A stretch of DNA of 64,000 bases. Source: Candidatus Xenobia bacterium (GTDB lineage Bacteria; Vulcanimicrobiota; Xenobia; Xenobiales; QWHO01). The notes under the pieces are model-generated. The model made no database searches. It was not told where the DNA came from and saw only the letters and a list, made by a program, of their open reading frames with translations. The translations under genes and the position numbers were made by a program. Below are positions 1 through 10,289 of the stretch, one piece after another. Every line of letters begins with the position of its first letter. Position 1 is the stretch's first letter. Location: assembly GCA_045863235.1 (NCBI GenBank), contig BTUM01000015.1, forward strand, positions 54,254 to 118,253, written 5' to 3'.

Positions 1-21
1 CGTCACGGCTGGAGCCCCTGC

Positions 22-1050
22 ATGAGAATCACCGCCTCCACTCCCACTCGCATCGATCTGGCCGGCGGCACGCTGGACCTCTATCCTCTCTTCTTGTTCG
101 AGCCCCGCAGCCTGACTGTCAACGCCGGGATCAGCCTCCGCTCCCACGTGACACTGGAGGAGCTTCCTGGCACGAAGGTGCGCATCCGCTCGCAAGACTT
201 CGATCGCCAGGTGGAGGCTGACAGCCCCGCCCAACTCGACCCGCACGGCGAGTTGGGCTTGCTCTCACTGGCGGTTCAGCACTATCTGCCCGGGGGCGGG
301 GTGGCGGTGACCACGCGCAACACGGCTCCCCGCGGCTCGGGTCTGGGGGCCTCCTCCAGCCTGCTGATGGCCCTCTCGGCGGCGCTTTGCAAGAAGGCCG
401 GTCGCGACCTCTCCCGCGAGGAGATCATCCGCATCGGCTCGGGCCTGGAGGCTCGCAGCCTGGGCATTCCAACCGGCTTGCAGGACTACTTCGGGGCCAT
501 GTTCGGCGGCTTCCAGGCGCTGCGCTTCGACGCCGAGGGTAGCCACCGCGAGAGCCTGGAGTTCTCGCCGGCCTTCTGGCAAGAGCTCGAGCAGGCGGTG
601 GTCGTATCGTTCACGGGGGTGAGCCACTTCTCGGGCACCTCCAACTGGAACATGCTCAAGCGCTACATCGAGAAGGAAGGCGACACGGTGGCCCGCATGC
701 GGGCAATCGCCGAGACGGCCTGGGAGTTGAAGGCCGCCCTGCAGGCTCAGGATCTGGCCCAGGTGGCCCGGGCGCTGGGGCGCGAGTGGGAGAACCGAAA
801 GGGCCTGGCCGAGGGAGTGACCACCGCTGAGATCGATGCCATGATCGCCGTCGCCGCCGAGGCCGGGGCCCTGGCCTCGAAAATCTGCGGAGCCGGTGGA
901 GGAGGATGCCTGCTGACACTGGCTCCTCCCAGCGCCAGGGCGGCCGTGACACAGGCTTTGACAGGGGCGGGGGCGCAGGTGATGGACGTCAAGCTCGACC
1001 CGCAGGGGCTCACGCTGGAGACCGACGTCCCATCGCCGGCGCATGGCTGA
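22..1050 (+). CDS. GHMP-family sugar kinase (HddA-like heptose-7-phosphate kinase)
   Basis: PTRIDLAGGTLD N-terminus, PRGSGLGASSS ATP-binding motif, GLQD, KICGAGGGG. Confidence 0.88.
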   Translation: MRITASTPTRIDLAGGTLDLYPLFLFEPRSLTVNAGISLRSHVTLEELPGTKVRIRSQDFDRQVEADSPAQLDPHGELGLLSLAVQHYLPGGGVAVTTRNTAPRGSGLGASSSLLMALSAALCKKAGRDLSREEIIRIGSGLEARSLGIPTGLQDYFGAMFGGFQALRFDAEGSHRESLEFSPAFWQELEQAVVVSFTGVSHFSGTSNWNMLKRYIEKEGDTVARMRAIAETAWELKAALQAQDLAQVARALGREWENRKGLAEGVTTAEIDAMIAVAAEAGALASKICGAGGGGCLLTLAPPSARAAVTQALTGAGAQVMDVKLDPQGLTLETDVPSPAHG

Positions 1051-1852
1051 CGACGCCGACGTCGAGCTCGACGAGCCAACCCTGGGCAATCGAAGCCTGT
1101 CGGTGGCGCTGGGCGTGCTGGTGGTGCTCTCGCTGCTCGTCCTGGGCTACTACTACCGGCGCCCGGCCGACAGCGAGGCGATCGTGCTGGCTTCGCCCTC
1201 CGCCCGCCCTTCGCCGAGCCCCTCGCGGCGAGAGTTGCCGCCCGTGCCCGAGCCATCGGGCACCATCAAGGTCTACGTGGCAGGCGAGGTCCGCAAGCCG
1301 GGAGTGGTGGCCCTGCCTGCCGGCAGTCGGGTGGAGGACGCCCTGGCCAAAGCCGGGGGCATGACCCCGCGGGCCGATCCTCTGGCCATCAACCTGGCCT
1401 CGCGGGTCAAGGACGAGCAGATGATCGTGGTGCCGGCTCGGGGCCAGGCGGACGCCTCCCCGGTCGAGGTGCAGCCCTCGATTGCCCCCGATCAGAACGA
1501 ACCGCAAGCGCAGGGGCCCGGACCCGAGCCGGACCCCTCCGAAACGGCCGCCGAGCCGGGAGGCGAGCCCCCGGCTCCGCCCGAGTCATCCCCGCCTGCG
1601 CCGGGCCCCCAGTCTCAGACCGACTGGAGCCAGTACATCAACCAGAAGCCTTCCGACAGCGTGGCCAGGGTCAGCCTGAACAAAGGCACCCGCGGTGAGC
1701 TCGAGTCGGTGCCAGGCATCGGCCCGAGCTCGGCGGCAGCCATCCTGGAGTATCGCAAGAAGCAGCGCTTCACCTCGGTGGACGATCTGCTCAAAGTGCC
1801 CGGGATCAAGGAGAAGAAGCTCGAAGGGATTCGTCCCTACGTGGATCTCTGA
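1043..1852 (+). CDS. comEA: ComEA-family DNA uptake protein (TM anchor, SLBB domain, C-terminal HhH)
   Basis: VYVAGEVRKPGVVALPAGSRVEDAL SLBB; VSLNKGT..ELESVPGIGP..F.SVDDLLKVPGI HhH. Confidence 0.9.
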   Translation: MADDADVELDEPTLGNRSLSVALGVLVVLSLLVLGYYYRRPADSEAIVLASPSARPSPSPSRRELPPVPEPSGTIKVYVAGEVRKPGVVALPAGSRVEDALAKAGGMTPRADPLAINLASRVKDEQMIVVPARGQADASPVEVQPSIAPDQNEPQAQGPGPEPDPSETAAEPGGEPPAPPESSPPAPGPQSQTDWSQYINQKPSDSVARVSLNKGTRGELESVPGIGPSSAAAILEYRKKQRFTSVDDLLKVPGIKEKKLEGIRPYVDL

Positions 1853-1920
1853 GCCGCCAGGATGAGGGGACGAGGGCTTCGCGACGAAGTGGAATCAGTC
1901 GTTACCAGGACACCAGGAGG

Positions 1921-2145
1921 ATGAGCGTGAGCAAGTATACCGGAATGCTGAAGAAGTCCGACCTCGAGGGCGGCGTATGGGTGTTCGTGACCGAGTCGGG
2001 CGAGCGATTTCACCTGACCGGGCTGGACGAGAAGTTGCTCAAAGATGGCCAGAAACTCGAACTGGAGGGCGACTTCGACTCCAACTCGATGGGCATCGGC
2101 ATGATGGGGCCCACCCTGGCGGTGGCTCGGGCAAAGGCTCTCTGA
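1921..2145 (+). CDS. Small conserved hypothetical beta-rich protein
   Basis: GGAGG RBS; DLEGGVWVF..GERFHL..GIGMMGP pattern; GC-rich codon usage. Confidence 0.7.
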   Translation: MSVSKYTGMLKKSDLEGGVWVFVTESGERFHLTGLDEKLLKDGQKLELEGDFDSNSMGIGMMGPTLAVARAKAL

Positions 2146-2663
2146 CCCTGCTCCAGAACTCGCCGGAGGCCTTTCAGGCGCAGCTGCGCGAGGGTCACTA
2201 CAACGAGTTGCGAGTGGCCCTGCTTTTCATGCTGCGCGGCTACCACAGCCAGATTCGCTTCACCAACGGACGCTACGACATCACCTTGATGCGAGCCGGT
2301 CAGGATGGCACGCGCTCGGTGGAGGTGAAGTGGGATAAACGAGCCTCCGAGTCGGGCAATCTCTACTTCGAAGTCGAGAACACCCGTCAGCAGAAGCCTT
2401 CCGGGGTGATGGCCACCACCGCCGACCTGTGGTGTCACGTGCTGGGGGAAGGCGAGCGAGGGCTGATTGTCAGTGTGGCCGCCTTACGTCGCTTTCTCAA
2501 TGAGGGTTCCTGGCGTTCGGTGCACACCCGGGGCGCCGACTCCAACAGTCGAGGTCTTCTGGTCCCCTGGACAGCGGTCCAGGCCAGTCCAGACTTTCGC
2601 TCGGTGCGCTTGCCCACGGTAGAGGACTACTTCGGGGCTATCTTTCGGCAGGCCAGCTCCTGA
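2142..2663 (+). CDS. PD-(D/E)XK nuclease-fold protein of a phage-associated type; start probably CTG overlapping upstream stop
   Basis: YD..VEVKWD..SGNLYFEV..PSG..TTADLW motif series. Confidence 0.65.
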   Translation: MTLLQNSPEAFQAQLREGHYNELRVALLFMLRGYHSQIRFTNGRYDITLMRAGQDGTRSVEVKWDKRASESGNLYFEVENTRQQKPSGVMATTADLWCHVLGEGERGLIVSVAALRRFLNEGSWRSVHTRGADSNSRGLLVPWTAVQASPDFRSVRLPTVEDYFGAIFRQASS

Positions 2664-3196
2664 TGCGCTGGACTCGCACCTTCTTTGTCTACGGAGTGCT
2701 CTGGCTCACCGTCATCGTCATGGTCAAGGTAGGCTACCTGGTGTTGGCCAGCTGGCTGTTCGTGGAGGCGCAGGAAAGCCTGCCCAACTTCAGCCAGAAA
2801 GTGGAGAGCCTGCAGAAGACCTACCACGACGACCGCGAGGCGCAAGCCAGGGCCCTGTTCGAGGCGATGCAGCCCATCATCGAGCAAGAGGATTGGGTCA
2901 GCATCCGGCTGCTCCTGAGCCTGGCCGTCTTTGCTCCAGTGGGCTTCCTGGCCGGCCGGCTGAGCGGGGATCCGCGTTGGGCAGGCGGGCTCCCGGTGCT
3001 GTCGCTGATCCCACCCGACCCCTCCAACCCGGCTCTTTTGCAGGATTTTCCTGGCGTGCCGGGGCCTGAGTTGAGCCTTCTGGTCGCTCTCCTGGCGGTG
3101 CAGATGATCGCGGTCAGCCTGTTCGCCTGGGGCGGAGCAGTGATCTACTGGCGCAAGAAACGCGTACACCGCGACGAGGAGGATACCTTTCGTTAA
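2663..3196 (+). CDS. Hypothetical integral membrane protein
   Basis: 3-4 hydrophobic segments; TGATG coupling to upstream gene. Confidence 0.7.
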   Translation: MRWTRTFFVYGVLWLTVIVMVKVGYLVLASWLFVEAQESLPNFSQKVESLQKTYHDDREAQARALFEAMQPIIEQEDWVSIRLLLSLAVFAPVGFLAGRLSGDPRWAGGLPVLSLIPPDPSNPALLQDFPGVPGPELSLLVALLAVQMIAVSLFAWGGAVIYWRKKRVHRDEEDTFR

Positions 3197-3417
3197 CAAG
3201 CTGGATCGCTTCGGCGTGCTAGATTCCGCTCGTGAGCAACGAACGCAGCAAATCCCAGCGCATCCCCACGGGCCTTTTGCCCTCGCGCCGCGGCAGCGGG
3301 CCTTCCAGCTTGCCTTCTCCAGGCCGCCTGACGATCGGTCGCCTGACCGGCGCTCCGCGTCTTCCTCGCAAGCCGTCCTCCCGCTACACTCCCGCGCGTT
3401 GACCTGTCTGAACGCGC

Positions 3418-3463
3418 GGGAGCGCAGACAATCTGTTGAACGGCGCCGCGCCAACTCCTGAAG
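3418..3463. repeat. Dispersed intergenic repeat, copy 1 (second copy 50709-50755)
   Basis: GGGA-N4-AGACAATC-t-GTTGAACGGCGCcGCGCcAacTCCTGAAG; 38/47 aligned positions match copy 2 by manual alignment. Confidence 0.75.
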
Positions 3464-3513
3464 CGTTCGACGCGCGGCGCCTTACCCTCCCGCGATTCCG
3501 AGCGCGTGCGTCA

Positions 3514-3792
3514 TCAGGGCGAGGCCCAGCGCACCTCGAATCCGCGCAGCAACTGCGGGCTCTCCTCGCTCTGCTCCACCAGGCGGACCCAGGAGCCTTC
3601 CGGCCCCCGACGCAGGGCCGCCAGCCAGTGCTCTACCGCCTCGGGAGAGCCTTCGGCCCAGGCTTCCACGGTGCCCTCAGGTCGGTTCAGCACCCAGCCC
3701 ATCAGTCCGAGTCGTCCGGCCTGGCTGCGCGTGAAGTAACGAAACCCCACCCCCTGAACGTCCCCGTGCACCACCACCCGAACCGCCCGCAT
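3514..3792 (-). CDS. acyP: Acylphosphatase
   Basis: VHGDVQGVGFR..GLMGWVLNRPEGTVE signature. Confidence 0.93.
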   Translation of the reverse strand: MRAVRVVVHGDVQGVGFRYFTRSQAGRLGLMGWVLNRPEGTVEAWAEGSPEAVEHWLAALRRGPEGSWVRLVEQSEESPQLLRGFEVRWASP

Positions 3793-3842
3793 GCCTCGGC
3801 CAATTTCGCATCGACGGTCCAACAGGCCTTCGTGTCACTGTA

Positions 3843-3885
3843 GAAACATCCGGGTAACACCTTCGACCCGGTCACCGGATAGGAT
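3843..3885 (+). promoter_or_regulatory. Box B direct repeat GAAAC-atccgg-GTAAC, then N21, then -10 TAGGAT
   Basis: Same architecture recurs at 41505, 48274, 51158 and 27039. Confidence 0.55.
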
Positions 3886-3950
3886 GGTAGCGACCTGAGG
3901 GGCTGGTCGGTTTCCATGGGCCAGCCGAGAACGAAAGGGGTTCTATCAAA

Positions 3951-5129
3951 GTGAACGTCCAGATGACCGCCCATCGGCCCATTCCCGCCACCGGCGCTCC
4001 GCCTGCCCAGGCCCAGCAGCCGGCTCAGCCGCCCGCCGGCAAGCCCGATGTGGACGAGTTCCAGGCCAACAGCCCCAGCCGTCACGAGCGCACCTTCGAA
4101 ACCATTTATAACGGCGTGGGCACTCTGGGCGCCCTGACAGACATCGCCGCCAAGACGGGCCAGGTTCTCAGTCTGGCTGGCCCGCTGGCCGGGTTCCAGG
4201 CCGGACCCCTGGCCGGATCGGCTGCCCTGGTGGCCGGCACCTTCGACATCGCCCGCGGCGCCTCGGCCGCCAAGCAGGCCGCCGTCAATCGCGACGGCCT
4301 GGGATCGCTGGCCGGCAGCCTGCAAGTGGTGCAGGGCCTGGCCACCTATGCCGCCGCCCTGGCCCCCGCCTTCGGAGGCCCGGGCGTTGCCAGCGCCGTC
4401 GCCGCCGGTGTGGCTGTGGCCGCCTGGGCCGGACGCAAGGGCGTGGCCGCCTACGCCAAAGCCCAGGCTGCGCGCGCCGGCGAGGAGAAAGAAGCTTCTT
4501 CTCCGTCCTCCCAGCCCGCCGCTCCCTCCAACCCTTCCGTTCCGGGCAGCTCGCCCCAGCCGTTGGCTCTGGCCTCGACCCCTTCGGGCTCGACGGGCCT
4601 TGCGACCGCTGGCATCGAAGAGGCTGATCGCAGCCGCAAGTTCGAGCAGAGCTTCGCCTTCGTCAACTCGGTGGACCAGTTCTTCCGCGGCATCGGCGGC
4701 ATCGCTTCCTTTTGGAACGTCGCCGGCGGCGTCTTTTCCGGCAGCGCGAGCGGCGGACTGTTCGGCATCCCGGGCCTGGGCTTCATCGGCTCGGGCTACA
4801 CCGTGGCCACGGGTGTGGCCATGACCAAGCACTCGGCCATCAACCGCAACATGGACGGCACCATCGACGGCGCTCTGCAGACCGTCGGCGGTCTGGCCGC
4901 GGTGGCTACCTGCTTGCTCGGTCCGGCCGGAATGGCCCGCATTCCCGCCATCGTGGCTGCCGGTGCCTTCGTGGCCCGCACAGCCTATCAGATCTACTCC
5001 ACCTCCAAGCGGTTCGGTGACGGGGACGACAAAGAGAAGAAGAGCCTCCCTCTCATCGCCGCTCAGGCGGTCATGGACAAGGCCAACCCGTTCGCTGACT
5101 CGCGCGGGATGGAGAAGGCCGCCCTCTAG
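3951..5129 (+). CDS. Orphan Gly/Ala-rich hydrophobic protein with internal duplication
   Basis: GTG start after AAGGGG; two related halves (AKQAAVNRDGLGSLAGSLQVVQGLA vs TKHSAINRNMDGTIDGALQTVGGLA). Confidence 0.8.
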   Translation: MNVQMTAHRPIPATGAPPAQAQQPAQPPAGKPDVDEFQANSPSRHERTFETIYNGVGTLGALTDIAAKTGQVLSLAGPLAGFQAGPLAGSAALVAGTFDIARGASAAKQAAVNRDGLGSLAGSLQVVQGLATYAAALAPAFGGPGVASAVAAGVAVAAWAGRKGVAAYAKAQAARAGEEKEASSPSSQPAAPSNPSVPGSSPQPLALASTPSGSTGLATAGIEEADRSRKFEQSFAFVNSVDQFFRGIGGIASFWNVAGGVFSGSASGGLFGIPGLGFIGSGYTVATGVAMTKHSAINRNMDGTIDGALQTVGGLAAVATCLLGPAGMARIPAIVAAGAFVARTAYQIYSTSKRFGDGDDKEKKSLPLIAAQAVMDKANPFADSRGMEKAAL

Positions 5130-5133
5130 AACA

Positions 5134-5763
5134 GTGGGGGGGCTGTTCAAGCAGGCTGATCCGCGGAGCGTCCTGCCCCGGCTCTGCAAGCAGGCGCTGG
5201 AGACCGAGTCGGCCAGCACGCCCGCCATAGCCGAGGCGGCGGCCCGCGTTGGCCTGCCCGTGTCGGAGGCTCAGAAGGCAGCTCTGGACTATGAGCAGGC
5301 CAATGTGCTCTGGCTGGCTCTGATCCTGGAGAAGAAGGTCGACACCCGGGTGCTGGCCCCCCTGGCCATGCCTGCGACCGCCTCCGGCATCGACCTGATG
5401 AAAGACACGCCCCGCATCAACTGGTTGCGCAAGGGGGCTCGCTGGCTGTACGAGGCCAACGACGAGAAGGCTTTCGAGAAGCTTTGGGACATGGCCAGCG
5501 TGCCCTTTGAGTTCCCGCCCGACGGCGCATGGAGAGACTTCATCATGCAGTGGCTCATGCGCTTGTTCAACAACATCACCGATCTCGCTCCCGCGCCGCG
5601 TCGGCCGCTTCCGGTGGACATTCGCATCGAAACGGTGGGAAACAAGCTGGCGGCCCGTCTGTTCCCCGATCTGCCCCACCTGCCCGAGCGCGACAAGAAG
5701 GAGCTGAGCTCGGCCATCGGGGGCCCCATTCAGGCCATGCTGAAAGGCAAGATCAAGGTTTAG
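5134..5763 (+). CDS. Hypothetical protein
   Basis: GTG 4 nt after upstream stop; globular composition, typical codon bias. Confidence 0.7.
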   Translation: MGGLFKQADPRSVLPRLCKQALETESASTPAIAEAAARVGLPVSEAQKAALDYEQANVLWLALILEKKVDTRVLAPLAMPATASGIDLMKDTPRINWLRKGARWLYEANDEKAFEKLWDMASVPFEFPPDGAWRDFIMQWLMRLFNNITDLAPAPRRPLPVDIRIETVGNKLAARLFPDLPHLPERDKKELSSAIGGPIQAMLKGKIKV

Positions 5764-6448
5764 GCGCCAGAATGCGCCCGCAGTTGGGGCAGCGGTCCAG
5801 CTCATCTTTGGATAGTGCCCGCAGCTTGTGGTCGGGCAGTCCCATTTTGCAGCCCCCGCAGGTCCCTGACTCCACCGCCGCCACGGCGGTTCCCTTGGCG
5901 GCACGCAGCTTGGCGTAGAGGGCCACCGTGTGGTCGGGTAGACCGGCCACCAACTCGTTGCGAGTGCGACGCAGGCCCAGGAGGTTCTGGCGGATGACCT
6001 CCAGGCGCTGCCCGACCTCATGCTCGCGACTCTTGAGGTCTTGTTGAGCCTGCTCCACGCGGGCGAGTTGCTGGGCGCACTCGGCTTCGAGCAAGCCAAC
6101 CTCGTCGAGCAGCTCGAGCAGCTCGGTCTCCAGTCGGTCTTTGTCGCTCTTGACGCCGGCGATCTCGGCTTCGAGCGCGGCCAGTTGGGTCGGGCTGGTC
6201 ACCATACCGCCGTAGAGCTTCTGGTCCAGGGCCAGGGTCTTGCTCTCCAGGGCTCGTACATCTTGCTCGCCCTGCCGAAGCCGGTCTTGCAGCTGCTTGA
6301 GCCTCTTGACGCGAGCGGCCACCTCGTTTTGCTCGGCCTGCACCTGGGCCAGCGCACCGGCCACATCCAGCCCTCGCAGCTCTCTCTCGTATCGGTCGGC
6401 CTCCTGGTCGAGCCGCTCGAGCTCGAGCAGCCGGGCCGATAAGGTCAT
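5753..6448 (-). CDS. Coiled-coil plus C4 zinc-ribbon protein (DUF164/CT398-like)
   Basis: Long heptad region followed by CGGC..CPNCGRIL. Confidence 0.88.
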   Translation of the reverse strand: MTLSARLLELERLDQEADRYERELRGLDVAGALAQVQAEQNEVAARVKRLKQLQDRLRQGEQDVRALESKTLALDQKLYGGMVTSPTQLAALEAEIAGVKSDKDRLETELLELLDEVGLLEAECAQQLARVEQAQQDLKSREHEVGQRLEVIRQNLLGLRRTRNELVAGLPDHTVALYAKLRAAKGTAVAAVESGTCGGCKMGLPDHKLRALSKDELDRCPNCGRILAPKP

Positions 6449-7002
6449 TCGCTCACCATCTCGGGCCGGATGATCCCGATGTAGGGCAGCTGGCGATAAT
6501 GGTTGTTGTAGTCGAGCCCATAACCGATGACGAAATGGTCGTCGATGGTGAAGCCGAGATAGTCGATTTTCACCTCGACCTGACGCCGGGCCGGTTTCTC
6601 AAGCAGGGCGCAGACCTTCAGGCTGGCCGGTTTGCGCAGCGTGAGCGCGTTGAGGAGGTAATTCAGGGTCAGGCCCGTGTCCACGATGTCTTCCACCACC
6701 AGGACGTGGCGGTCTTCGATACGCTCTTCGAGGTCTTTGACGATCTTGACCACGCCCGAGCTCTTGGTGGAGGCGCCATAGGAAGAGATGCCCATGAAGT
6801 CGACCACCACGGGCACGTCCAGGGTGCGCATCAGGTCGGCCGTGAAGAGCATGGAGCCCTTGAGGATGCAGATCAGGGTCACCTCTTGCCCGGCGTGGTC
6901 GGCCGAGATCTGCTGACCCAACTCGCGAATGCGGCTCTGCAGGGTGTCGCTGTCGATCAGCACGCGCTGAACAGCCTCGTGCACGGTTCCCGACGGGCTC
7001 AT
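6445..7002 (-). CDS. hpt: Hypoxanthine phosphoribosyltransferase
   Basis: ILKGSMLFTADL, VLVVEDIVDTGLTL PRPP motif, FVIGYGLDY. Confidence 0.95.
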   Translation of the reverse strand: MSPSGTVHEAVQRVLIDSDTLQSRIRELGQQISADHAGQEVTLICILKGSMLFTADLMRTLDVPVVVDFMGISSYGASTKSSGVVKIVKDLEERIEDRHVLVVEDIVDTGLTLNYLLNALTLRKPASLKVCALLEKPARRQVEVKIDYLGFTIDDHFVIGYGLDYNNHYRQLPYIGIIRPEMVSE

Positions 7003-7280
7003 CTGAGGTAGAGCGGCATCCAGGCCAGCAGCGAGGCCTGGCTCAGCACCAGGAAGGAGGCTGCCAGGGCCGAGCGGCGCCAGGACGATTCCAGGTTCTT
7101 CTGAAAACCGGCTGAGAGAAGCAGGAAGGAAACCAGCTGCAGCAACAAGACTGTGCCGTCTCGTCGGGTGAAGCCAACGGCTGCCAGCTGCTCGGGCCAC
7201 AGGAACACGGCCGCGAAGCCCGTGACCAGGGCGAAGAAGGCGGCCAGATTGCACCACAGGGTGAACACTTTCCAGCTCAT
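6999..7280 (-). CDS. Small membrane protein
   Basis: Three hydrophobic segments; ATGA overlap with hpt. Confidence 0.6.
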   Translation of the reverse strand: MSWKVFTLWCNLAAFFALVTGFAAVFLWPEQLAAVGFTRRDGTVLLLQLVSFLLLSAGFQKNLESSWRRSALAASFLVLSQASLLAWMPLYLR

Positions 7281-7348
7281 GGTGCCGGCTTGCTTCCTGG
7301 CGCAGCCCTGGTTTACCTGCTGTTTGTTAGAATATAATTCAAGCACGC

Positions 7349-7387
7349 TTTCAATGCCCTTTCAGCCCGCCCGGGCAGACTGCGAGG
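7349..7387 (+). promoter_or_regulatory. Box A: TTTCAA-N5-TTTCAG-N10-CAGACT-N6-ATG (leaderless geometry)
   Basis: Identical spacing at 19345 and 31156. Confidence 0.6.
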
Positions 7388-8596
<1,209 letters not shown>

Positions 8597-8666
8597 CCTG
8601 CCGTGAATCGTAGACCGGGTAGCCAGGGTCAGAGGTCCACGGCAGGTGCACCCAGAAACTTTCAGG

Positions 8667-10289
8667 ATGGCAAGGCGACGGGGCGTCGGCCTGGGAACCA
8701 CCCTGATCGTGACCGCGATCGTGGCCCTGCTGGGTTTTGCCCTGGCCGGCGCCAGCGTGACCCACATCAACCTGATGACCCACACCGGCAACGCCTCGAT
8801 GGCCCTCGATCTGGCCCGAAGCTCGGTGCACGTGGCACTCGGTCACCTGTTCACCGACAAGGACTTCCGCCAGACGGTGACCGTCAATGGTCCGGGCGGA
8901 GCGGTCGGACAACTCACCTTCGACCCTGCTCAGGCGACCAGCCTCGGGATCCCGCTGTCGGAGAACAATCTGACCGGGGGCAGCTCCAAACTGGCCGCCG
9001 ACAACCAGATGGTGCCCGAGGAAGGGGCTTACCTGGTGGGGGTGGCCACCGTGCGGGGGGTGACCCGCCGGGTACGAGCGGTCGTGCACCTGCCGCCCTT
9101 CCCGTTCGCGGCGGCCTCGGACGGGCCGATCGTGTCTCCTGGCAGCCTGGTCGTGGGCTCGCTAAGACCGGGGCAGGATCCCAATTCCCCCCCCAACCGC
9201 CTGCTGCCGGCTGACCTGCTGACCAATGACACCGGGCTGGCAGCCCTGACTCTGGGGCCGGCTACCAACGTGCGCGGCGACCTGCGCTCGGGCGGCGGGG
9301 TGAGCCTGGATCCGGGCGTTCAGGTCGGGGGCCGGGTGCTGACCAGTCAGGCCCCTCGTCTGGTTCCCGTCATGAGCGTGACCGGACTGGACCCGGATCA
9401 GCCTGCACCCATCGGTCATCCGTTCCTGGTGCTCCAATCGAGCTACTCGGGCACGACCTTTACCGGAACTCTGCGGGGGTCCGGCACGGTGACTGTCAAC
9501 GGGCCCCTCAAGCTGGACCGGGCTCTGGTGTACATCGATGGCAACCTGGAGATCAACGGGGGCGTGGACGGTACGGGTGTGCTGGTGACGACCGGCAACC
9601 TGACAGTGAATGGACAGGCCAGCGTGGTGGCCGACAGCCGGGTGGCCATGCTCAGCCAGGGGAAGATCACCCTGGCAGGCAACGGTCCGGTGGGCTCGAG
9701 CATCAAGGGGCTGGTTTACGCTGAGGGCGGGGTGGACGCCAAACAGCTCAAGCTGCAGGGGGCTCTGGTTTCGCGCAATCAGCCTCCGGTTCAGCTGGAT
9801 CGGGCTCGCTTGCTCAATGACGGAGGGCTCCTGCAACCACCGTTCAACACCCTGCCTTACGTGACGCCCGTGCCCGAGGTTCGCTATATCCACGGGACTG
9901 CTGCCAGTCCGGGTCCGATGCTCAAGACTGCGCCGAGCCCCCCTGCGAATCCGGTCAACGGGACCAGGTTCGGCTACTCCAAAGTTGAGGCCACCTTCCT
10001 CCCCGATGGAAGGGTGCAGGTAAACGCTCGGAGCTTCAGTCGGACTTACCGGGTCCCTCCCGGGGGATGGGTGGATGACCCTGGCTACCCGATGGATTCC
10101 TCGCCCAGCCTGAATAGTCTGGCGTCTCTTGGACATCGGTCTGATCCACTGAGAGACAGCCTGATTGACCCCCCCTTGCCCGGGACGGGTGGCTCGGCAC
10201 CCACTTACACCCTGGTGCTCGACCCGGCCGAGCTCTTGCCCACGAAGGATCGCGCGCGCATCCTGATCTGGCGCGAAGGAGCTCAGTAG
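8667..10289 (+). CDS. PilX/TadG-like pilus-associated protein with Gly-rich beta repeats
   Basis: RRRG-VGLGTTLIV hydrophobic class III-like N-terminus, A..LA.S helix, YIDGNL/TTGNL/GLVYAEG repeats. Confidence 0.65.
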   Translation: MARRRGVGLGTTLIVTAIVALLGFALAGASVTHINLMTHTGNASMALDLARSSVHVALGHLFTDKDFRQTVTVNGPGGAVGQLTFDPAQATSLGIPLSENNLTGGSSKLAADNQMVPEEGAYLVGVATVRGVTRRVRAVVHLPPFPFAAASDGPIVSPGSLVVGSLRPGQDPNSPPNRLLPADLLTNDTGLAALTLGPATNVRGDLRSGGGVSLDPGVQVGGRVLTSQAPRLVPVMSVTGLDPDQPAPIGHPFLVLQSSYSGTTFTGTLRGSGTVTVNGPLKLDRALVYIDGNLEINGGVDGTGVLVTTGNLTVNGQASVVADSRVAMLSQGKITLAGNGPVGSSIKGLVYAEGGVDAKQLKLQGALVSRNQPPVQLDRARLLNDGGLLQPPFNTLPYVTPVPEVRYIHGTAASPGPMLKTAPSPPANPVNGTRFGYSKVEATFLPDGRVQVNARSFSRTYRVPPGGWVDDPGYPMDSSPSLNSLASLGHRSDPLRDSLIDPPLPGTGGSAPTYTLVLDPAELLPTKDRARILIWREGAQ

